NCBI GenBank assembly: GCA_031372065.1
Contig: JANMKN010000230.1
Coordinates: forward strand, 1-22,381
Reading direction: 5' to 3'
Source of the DNA: Abditibacteriaceae bacterium
GTDB taxonomy: Bacteria; Armatimonadota; Abditibacteriia; Abditibacteriales; Abditibacteriaceae
DNA length: 22,381 nt
Made by a program: the position numbers and the translations under genes. Position 1 is the stretch's first letter, and each line of letters starts with the position of its first letter. The notes under the pieces were generated by a model. It searched no databases. It worked only from the letters and a program-made list of their open reading frames with translations, and had not been told where the DNA came from. Below are positions 15,749 to 22,381 of the stretch, piece by piece.

Positions 15749-17488
15749 ATGCCTGATTTCATTCGCGTCGCCTCGCTCGATGAACTGCAAGAAAAAAACG
15801 TCATGGTGGTGCGCGGCGAATCGTGTCCGATTGCGGTTTTCCCGCATGAAGGCGGCGCGTTTGCGGTGGATAATCGCTGCCCGCATTTGGGATTTCCGCT
15901 GCATCGCGGCACGCTTCAAGACGGCATTCTCACCTGCCATTGGCATCACGCGCGTTTTGATTTGTGCAGCGGCTGCACATTCGACCCGTTCGCCGATGAT
16001 GTGCCCGCTTTTGAAGTCGAAATCCGCGACGGCGTGGTTTTCGTCGCGCCGCAACCACGTCAAATGCCGCGCCGCGACTATTTTTTGCGGCGCTTAAATG
16101 AAGGCATGGCGCAAAATATCAGTCTGATTCAGGCCAAAAGCCTGCTCGGACTGCTGCAAACCGGCGCAACTTACACCGAAATCATCCGCGAAGTGGCGCT
16201 TTTCGGTGTGCGCAACCGCAACGGTTTCGGGCCGGGTTTGGTTTTGCTGACCACTGTCGCCAATGTGCTGGAACATCTCGACGACGAAACGCGATATACG
16301 GCGCTTTATCAAGCCACTCGCCAAGTCGCCGCCGATTGCGCCGGACAAGCGCCACGCCGCCCGTTGCAACCTCTCGACACCAAAGAAATTTCATACGCCA
16401 CGCTCAAACGCTGGATGCGCTATTGGACAGAAGTGCGCCACGCCGAAGGTGCCGAACGCACTTTGCTGACCGCGATTCATAAAGGCGGTGGCAAACCACA
16501 TCTCGCCGATATGATTTTCGCCGCCGCGACCGACCGCATTTACGCCGATGGCGGGCATGTTCTCGATTTTTGCAACAAAGCCTTTGAACTTTTGGAGGTC
16601 ATCGGCTGGGAACATCGCGCCGAAATTTTGCCGACGCTCATTCCGCAACTTGTGCGGGCGCGCGGCGGCGAAGAAATGAATTCGTGGCGGCATCCTTTCG
16701 ATTTAGTCGCTGCCTTGCGCACTTGGGAAGAAGAATTTCCACAACTGTATCTTTCGCGCGGCAAATCCGAAAAACCATTCGAGAACACATTAAAACTCGC
16801 CAAGGATTTGCTTCGAGACGATGCCACGCAAATCTTCACCGCGCTGCGAGAGGCCATTTTGCGAGGCGCGATGCCGGAACACATGGCCCTCGCACTAACC
16901 CACGCCGCTGCCATGCGCTTGGCGCGCTTTAGCAACTCCAACGAAGTCGGCGATTGGTTCAATCCACTACACACTTTCACTTATTGCAACGCGGTTTATC
17001 AATCCTTGCGACGCTGTCCGAGTTTGGATTTACAACGCGGCATTTTCCACGGCGCGATGTCGGTTTATTTGGATAGATTCCTTAACGTGCCGCCCGCCAA
17101 ATTACCGAGCGAAGTGCTTCCACTTGAACGAACAAATCTCAGCGTGCCGTCGCGTCTGCAAAGTTTTCTGGATGCGCTCGACCAGAAACACGATACCGAA
17201 AGCGCAGCCCATCTTGTGGCCGATTACGACGAAATGGGCTTCCCAAAAACAGATTTGTTCAACACATTCATGGCAGCTACTGCGCGCGAAGATTTGGATT
17301 TTCACTCTTATCAAATGCTCGAAGCGGCGATTCGCCAATACGCCTTATGGCAAACGGATGGCGAACATATTCTCATAGCCGAAGCGCGTTATTTGGCGGC
17401 ACATTCGCCAACACAACGCGCCCGTTCGCACACGGCCCGCATTGCATTGCGATTGCAACGCGGCGACAATCTTTACGAAGAAGATTAA
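15749..17488 (+). CDS. Rieske [2Fe-2S] domain fused to a large helical domain
   Basis: NRCPHLGFPL and LTCHWHHARFD Rieske boxes in a NirD/ferredoxin-like N-terminus. Start set at ATG 15749 because the GTG at 15731 lies inside the REP. Confidence 0.85.
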   Translation: MPDFIRVASLDELQEKNVMVVRGESCPIAVFPHEGGAFAVDNRCPHLGFPLHRGTLQDGILTCHWHHARFDLCSGCTFDPFADDVPAFEVEIRDGVVFVAPQPRQMPRRDYFLRRLNEGMAQNISLIQAKSLLGLLQTGATYTEIIREVALFGVRNRNGFGPGLVLLTTVANVLEHLDDETRYTALYQATRQVAADCAGQAPRRPLQPLDTKEISYATLKRWMRYWTEVRHAEGAERTLLTAIHKGGGKPHLADMIFAAATDRIYADGGHVLDFCNKAFELLEVIGWEHRAEILPTLIPQLVRARGGEEMNSWRHPFDLVAALRTWEEEFPQLYLSRGKSEKPFENTLKLAKDLLRDDATQIFTALREAILRGAMPEHMALALTHAAAMRLARFSNSNEVGDWFNPLHTFTYCNAVYQSLRRCPSLDLQRGIFHGAMSVYLDRFLNVPPAKLPSEVLPLERTNLSVPSRLQSFLDALDQKHDTESAAHLVADYDEMGFPKTDLFNTFMAATAREDLDFHSYQMLEAAIRQYALWQTDGEHILIAEARYLAAHSPTQRARSHTARIALRLQRGDNLYEED

Positions 17489-17490
17489 AT

Positions 17491-17560
17491 GATTTTAGGT
17501 TTTCGGGATAGCGACAAGAATCAAAGCCCAAAAACCAAAGTCCTAAACCCAACACCGAAA
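17491..17560. repeat. Second heptamer-repeat element
   Basis: Shares the identical 20-mer CAAAGCCCAAAAACCAAAGT (17522-17541) with 11568-11587. Short inverted TTTTAGGTTTTCGG arm upstream. Confidence 0.7.
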
Positions 17561-17573
17561 GGGAATTTATTTC

Positions 17574-18632
17574 ATGGCAAAGACACTGAAGGTTGGCGTA
17601 ATTGGCGTGGGCGGCATTGCCGGCACGCATTTTCCGGGCTGGAAAAACAGCCCGCACACCGAACTGGTCGCGCTTTCCGACCCAATGGGCGAAGTTTTGC
17701 AGCGCGTTGGCGCAGCGCAGGGCGTTTCTAAACTTTACGAAAAGCCCGAAGACCTCATCAACGATCCCGACATCGACATCATTGATGTTTGCACGCCCAA
17801 CGCTTACCACGCGCCGCTTTCCATCGCCGCGCTCGAAGCGGGCAAGCACGTCATTTGCGAAAAGCCCCTCGCGCCCGGCCCCGACGAAATTAAAAAGATG
17901 ATTGCCGCGCGCGATAAAAGCGGCAAATTGCTGATGACAGCGCAGCATTTTCGCTTTCAAGGCAGCGCCAAATCGCTGAAAAAAGAAATCTCCGGCGGAC
18001 TTCTCGGCAACATTTACCACGCGCGCTCATGGATGCTGCGCCGCTCGTGGGCACCGATTCGCCCCGGTTTTATCATGAAAAAGCACAGCGGCGGCGGGCC
18101 GTGCATTGATATCGGCGTGCATATTTTGGATTTAACGCTGTGGATGATGGGCAATCCGCGCCCGATTACCGTTTCGGGCGTGGCCGGTGCGCCACTCGCC
18201 AAAGCCAAAGGCGCTTTCTCCACTTGGGGCGGCGCCATTCCCAAAGAATACGATGTCGAAGATTACGCTTCGGCTTTTGTGCGCTTTGAAAACGGCGCCA
18301 CGCTGATTCTCGAAGTGTCGTGGCTGCTGCATCATAAAACCAACGGCGAAGATATGCAAATGTGGCTTTATGGCGACAAAGCTGGCGCCCATTGGCCCGG
18401 CAAGGAAATTATCAGCGCCAACAACAAAACGCAGCAATTGCTCAACACCCAATTGCAAATTGATGACGGCAACACCGAACCGCACGCCCTCGAATGTATG
18501 GAATTCGCCGAAGCGATTGTCAAAGGCAAACCTTCGCCCGTGCCCGCCGAACAAAGCATGGATGTCATGGCGATTCTAAACGGCCTCTACAAAAGCGCCG
18601 AAACCCAGCGCGAAGTCGTATTGAAGTATTAA
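17574..18632 (+). CDS. Gfo/Idh/MocA NAD(P)-dependent oxidoreductase
   Basis: GVIGVGGIA, CTPNAYH, HVICEKP, SGGGPCIDIGVHILD, YDVEDYASAFVRFENGA. Confidence 0.9.
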   Translation: MAKTLKVGVIGVGGIAGTHFPGWKNSPHTELVALSDPMGEVLQRVGAAQGVSKLYEKPEDLINDPDIDIIDVCTPNAYHAPLSIAALEAGKHVICEKPLAPGPDEIKKMIAARDKSGKLLMTAQHFRFQGSAKSLKKEISGGLLGNIYHARSWMLRRSWAPIRPGFIMKKHSGGGPCIDIGVHILDLTLWMMGNPRPITVSGVAGAPLAKAKGAFSTWGGAIPKEYDVEDYASAFVRFENGATLILEVSWLLHHKTNGEDMQMWLYGDKAGAHWPGKEIISANNKTQQLLNTQLQIDDGNTEPHALECMEFAEAIVKGKPSPVPAEQSMDVMAILNGLYKSAETQREVVLKY

Positions 18633-18667
18633 ATTTCACCGCAGAGACGCAGAGTAAAGAAGCAGTC

Positions 18668-18710
18668 AAAACGCCGCGCCGGAAAAATTCCGGCGCGGCG
18701 TTTTTGTTTT
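18668..18710 (+). terminator. Intrinsic terminator
   Basis: AAAACGCCGCGCCGGAA-aaa-TTCCGGCGCGGCGTTTT then TGTTTT. Confidence 0.88.
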
Positions 18711-18716
18711 AACCCC

Positions 18717-18745
18717 TTGACATCCGATCCATAACACCGCATAAT
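18717..18745 (+). promoter_or_regulatory. Sigma70-type promoter of the GntR-ABC operon
   Basis: TTGACA, 17-bp spacer, CATAAT. Confidence 0.7.
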
Positions 18746-18753
18746 CTGTCTCA

Positions 18754-18778
18754 ACTGTATTAGTTGTATTAGCACAGT
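18754..18778. promoter_or_regulatory. Putative YtrA-family operator
   Basis: Imperfect palindrome ACTGTATTA-N7-TAGCACAGT just downstream of the -10 box, resembling YtrA-subfamily boxes. Confidence 0.65.
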
Positions 18779-18797
18779 GTTCGAAAAAGGAGCAAGC

Positions 18798-19202
18798 GTG
18801 GCCCTCGAATTTCGCGTGACGACGGGAAGCAATCTTCCCATTTACCGACAAATTACCGATCAGGTGCGCAGGGCAATTGCAACCGGCGCGTTGCTGCCGG
18901 GCGAGCAGTTGCCCAGCGTGCGCGCGCTGGCGGAAATCCTTGTGGTTAATCCCAACACTGTCGCGCGCGCTTATGCCGATTTGACGCAGGAAGGCGTGCT
19001 GGAATCGCAAGCGGGCAAAGGCTTGTTTGTGGCACAGCGCCGCCAAAAATACTCGCGCGCCGAGCGAGTGCGGCGCCTCGATTCGGCGTTGGATGCTTTT
19101 GTTCACGAAGTTTTGTTTTTAGATTTTAAAGCCGAAGAAATCGTGACGGTTTTGCAGCGCAAGTTAGCCGAAATCGAAGGAACTTCGGCCAGCAAAAAGT
19201 AA
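18798..19202 (+). CDS. GntR-family regulator, YtrA subfamily
   Basis: PIYRQI…GEQLPSVRALA…VNPNTVARAY…GKGLFV with a short C-terminus. AGGAG precedes GTG 18798. Confidence 0.92.
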   Translation: MALEFRVTTGSNLPIYRQITDQVRRAIATGALLPGEQLPSVRALAEILVVNPNTVARAYADLTQEGVLESQAGKGLFVAQRRQKYSRAERVRRLDSALDAFVHEVLFLDFKAEEIVTVLQRKLAEIEGTSASKK

Positions 19203-19221
19203 AGCCTAAGTGAGGTTTTCC

Positions 19222-20205
19222 ATGAACGAACCAGTAATCGAAACGCGCGACTTGACGCGTTATTTTGGAAAAAAGCAAATCGTGGCGCCTTTGAATTTAA
19301 GCGTGCCGCGCGGCTCCATTTTCGGGTTTTTGGGGCGCAACGGCGCCGGCAAAAGCACCACGATTCGGATGCTGCTGGGCCTACTTGAACCAACGCGCGG
19401 TAGTTCCCTTGTGCTGGGCGAAGACAGCCAGAATTTATCGCCGCAAACGCGCGGGCGCATCGGTTATTTGGCAGAGGGGCATCACGTTTACGGCTGGATG
19501 AGCATAGCCGAATGTGCGCGATTTCAGTCAAGTTCGTTCACGCATTGGAACGACAAAATTTTCGAGGGCATAATTCGTCATTTTAATTTAGAGAGGGCGA
19601 TGAAAGCCGGAAATTTATCGCGCGGCCAACGAGCCGGTTTGTGTCTGGCGCTGACTTTGGCGCCTGAACCGGAACTGTTAATTCTTGATGACCCGGCGCT
19701 TGGCCTTGACCCCGTGGCGCGGCGCAGTTTGCTGCAATCCATGCTTTTTGTGGCGCGCGGCGAAGGGCGCACGATTTTGTTTTCGTCGCATTTACTGTCA
19801 GATGTCGAACGCGTCGCCGATCATATTGCAATTTTGGATAATGGCGTTTTACGCGCCAATTGCCCGCTCGATACCTTCCGCGAAAGCGTGCGACAATGGG
19901 TCTTGCATTTCGCCGGTGATGTGCCGGTTTTGCCGCCGTTGCCGGGCCTTTTGCAAAGTTTTCGCACGCCCGGAGAAATCGCTTTGACGTTTGCTAACTT
20001 CGATGAAAGCATTATGGCGCAGTTGGAAAATTTGGGCGCTTTTCGCATTGAAGAAGTGCCGCTCAGTTTGGAAGATGCCTTTATCAGTTACCTGAGCGAA
20101 CGCGGCGAAAAGAGTTTTTTCTTGCAGGAAAACGGCGCTGATGGCGCGCTTAAAATGGACGTTGAACAACCTTCACGGAACGCATCACAGGAGGTCGCCC
20201 GATGA
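19222..20205 (+). CDS. ABC-2 type transporter ATP-binding protein (YtrB-like)
   Basis: GRNGAGKST, LSRGQ, LILDDP, SSH switch, SLEDAF tail. GAGG precedes ATG 19222. Confidence 0.9.
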   Translation: MNEPVIETRDLTRYFGKKQIVAPLNLSVPRGSIFGFLGRNGAGKSTTIRMLLGLLEPTRGSSLVLGEDSQNLSPQTRGRIGYLAEGHHVYGWMSIAECARFQSSSFTHWNDKIFEGIIRHFNLERAMKAGNLSRGQRAGLCLALTLAPEPELLILDDPALGLDPVARRSLLQSMLFVARGEGRTILFSSHLLSDVERVADHIAILDNGVLRANCPLDTFRESVRQWVLHFAGDVPVLPPLPGLLQSFRTPGEIALTFANFDESIMAQLENLGAFRIEEVPLSLEDAFISYLSERGEKSFFLQENGADGALKMDVEQPSRNASQEVAR

Positions 20206-22205
20206 AAGCGATTATTTGGAAAGATTGGCGTGAAAATACGTGGCCCACCGTGTCGGCCATCGTGTTTTCTTCTCTCATTTGTGCTTGGATGCTGCATCAA
20301 GCGTTGACGGCCAACAGCAGTTGGGAAACGGTGTGGGCGCAAGGCGTAGTGCTGCCCTTCACCGTATTAGCGCCCCTGCTGGGCGCGCTAACGGGTTTCA
20401 CACAAATTTACCCTGAATTAAAGCGCGATCAATGGGCGTTTTTGATTCATCGGCCCCTGACGCACAGCACGATTTTTTGGGGCAAAGTCGTGGCGGGTTT
20501 GACCTTGTATTTACTTCCGGCCACGCTGCCATTGCTGGGCTTGTTTTTGTGGCTCAGTCGTCCCGGCCACACACCCGGCCCGTTTATTCCTCAGATGTTT
20601 TTAGCGCCCACCGCCGATATTTTGGGCGGCGTCATCTTTTATTTCGCGGCGATTTTGGCGACGCTGCGTTTATCGAAATCGCGCCTTTCTTACGTTCGCG
20701 TGCTGGCTTTTGCTGTTAGTTTCGTTTGCGCTGCATCGTCCTCAGTCATGCCCGAATTCTGGCAGTCGTTAGTTGTTGTGGCACTGGGCATTCTCATCGT
20801 CGGTAGCGCGGCGTGGGGCAGTTTTGTCAGTCTGGATAATTACGAAAAGCAGCCGATTAAAGCGCGTGCCGGATTGGTAATCACGCTTTATATTGGCATC
20901 ACGGCCACGATAATCGCTGGCATTGTCGTCATCGCCAGCACACTTCCTTCAAGGCCGTCTGACTACTCCTACACCGACTACAAGGTCGCTAAAAGCGGGC
21001 GCGTTGTAAAAGCGGAAAACAAGAATGGCAACTGGAGCGTTCGTGATTTGCAAGGCAAACCAATCGCACCGACTAAAGGCCAAGATTGGAATTACGAAGG
21101 TTTTATAAACGAAGCACCACTTTATCTCAAGCGAGGCAATCCTGACCGCCCAAGTTATCGTTCGCCGCAACGCTATGCGATGTATGTGAATTACGCTGTT
21201 TTAGGCCTCAATTGGTTTTTTAACCGTAATAAGCATTGGTTTGAAGCCTACTCCGATGAAACTCACTTGCCGGTGGTGTTTGTCGGGCCAAATGGATTTT
21301 CGCAGACGCCACCGCAAACCAACTTTGGCAAAGACCTCGACGAAACGCTTTATTACTACGGAGGCCAACTGTTCCGTTTCGGCAGTAATGCTTACTGGGT
21401 AGATTTTAAAACGCGCCAACTGTCACTTTTGACTGCCAATGATGGGATTGTAGCTGCGACTGACATCGCCGCCGGCAGCTATTTGGACAATACCGCGTGG
21501 GGCGCGGTGACTGCCACATCAGGTCACCTTCGCTTTTTCTCGCGGCAAGGGCAATTCCGTTTCGCCGTGCCCATAGAAGCCGATCCGCAAGAGTATGCTT
21601 TTGTCAGCATCGCACCGATTTCCGACAACAAATTAATCTTGATTCAAAAGGGTAATCGCGAAAACAAGGGCATATTTACGTCTCTGCCCACTCATGTGCG
21701 TGAGATTTCCAGCAATGGACAGGCGCTCAAAAGATATGATCTGCCAGTGCTCGCGCAGCCTAAACCGGTAGATTCAAGTAATCCCCACCCATTCGCCGTC
21801 TTAACACCTGCGGCTCCTTTATTCGGTCTTTTCGCTTATGGCTACATCGGCAGCGTGTCGGGCAAAAAATTCGCGACGGAGATGTGGCAACACATGGGGC
21901 GCGAGGCCATTATGTGGAAGGTCTTCGCTATGCTCGTGGTTTTAGCAAGCCTAATTTACGCTGCGTTGGCATGGCGTTTTGGTTTGCGGCATCAAGTCAG
22001 CCCAAAAACGCGCTGGCTATGGACTATCAGTGTTTTTTGGACGGGACTTTTCGGTTTGCTGACGCTTTTGGTGTTGCGCGAATGGCCGCCACGCATTGCT
22101 TGCGAAACCTGCGGCAAAAAACGCAGCGTGGCGCAGGAAACGTGCGCTCATTGCGATGCCGCGTGGCCTGTGCCCGCTTTGGATGGGACAGAAATCTTCG
22201 CCTAA
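20202..22205 (+). CDS. ABC exporter permease with a large extracytoplasmic domain and C-terminal Zn-ribbon
   Basis: MKAIIWKDWRE start, WAFLIHRP…IFWGK motif, several TM helices flanking a soluble domain, CETC…CAHC at the C-terminus. ATGA overlap with the ATPase. Confidence 0.8.
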   Translation: MKAIIWKDWRENTWPTVSAIVFSSLICAWMLHQALTANSSWETVWAQGVVLPFTVLAPLLGALTGFTQIYPELKRDQWAFLIHRPLTHSTIFWGKVVAGLTLYLLPATLPLLGLFLWLSRPGHTPGPFIPQMFLAPTADILGGVIFYFAAILATLRLSKSRLSYVRVLAFAVSFVCAASSSVMPEFWQSLVVVALGILIVGSAAWGSFVSLDNYEKQPIKARAGLVITLYIGITATIIAGIVVIASTLPSRPSDYSYTDYKVAKSGRVVKAENKNGNWSVRDLQGKPIAPTKGQDWNYEGFINEAPLYLKRGNPDRPSYRSPQRYAMYVNYAVLGLNWFFNRNKHWFEAYSDETHLPVVFVGPNGFSQTPPQTNFGKDLDETLYYYGGQLFRFGSNAYWVDFKTRQLSLLTANDGIVAATDIAAGSYLDNTAWGAVTATSGHLRFFSRQGQFRFAVPIEADPQEYAFVSIAPISDNKLILIQKGNRENKGIFTSLPTHVREISSNGQALKRYDLPVLAQPKPVDSSNPHPFAVLTPAAPLFGLFAYGYIGSVSGKKFATEMWQHMGREAIMWKVFAMLVVLASLIYAALAWRFGLRHQVSPKTRWLWTISVFWTGLFGLLTLLVLREWPPRIACETCGKKRSVAQETCAHCDAAWPVPALDGTEIFA

Positions 22206-22318
22206 ATCGGAGGGCGCGCTGAATCGAGGGCAGCAAAAAAGCCTTACATTGCAAGATTTCCGCGCTTTTCGGCTCAAAAGCACAGCCGGAGACGGCAATT
22301 TTGGCATATGATCGCGCA

Positions 22319-22381
22319 CATATCGCCTGTGGTCGCACGCATATCGCCTGTGGTCGCACCCATATCGCCTGTGGTCGCACC
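22319..22381. repeat. 21-bp tandem repeat running off the window end
   Basis: CATATCGCCTGTGGTCGCAC(G/C) x3. Confidence 0.85.

Noticed and set aside
18635..18654. CACCGCAGAGACGCAGAG repeat-like motif
   Set aside because: Resembles short intergenic repeats seen in other bacteria, but there is only one partial copy here with no inverted partner.

Overview
Moderately GC-rich chromosomal window from a diderm bacterium (lpxD, an outer-membrane porin and a Skp-like gene). An Armatimonadota/Abditibacteriota-like host is only my impression. Gene content: a sulfate uptake operon (sbp-cysT-cysW-cysA plus an OprO/OprP-like porin), a long Skp/OmpH-like lipoprotein gene split by an in-frame TAA, lpxD, a GAF-PAS-GAF-GGDEF diguanylate cyclase, two Gfo/Idh/MocA oxidoreductases, an FN3-domain protein with no signal peptide, L-rhamnose isomerase, a Rieske-fusion protein and a YtrA-GntR/ABC exporter operon. 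The main result is two short cysteine-rich leader ORFs, both too short for the ORF track: 172-324 (…FCRTAMCCCCCLRPT…) before sbp and 4988-5086 (…RCLCCICLCLWPT…) before the porin. Each is followed by mutually exclusive antiterminator/terminator pairings, so they look like a two-tier ribosome-dependent cysteine attenuation system. The five proteins downstream contain only one Cys in about 1750 aa. The intergenic DNA also carries at least five distinct repeat families, including a fold-back 21-bp array between sbp and cysT and a 41-bp double-hairpin array directly upstream of the FN3 gene.
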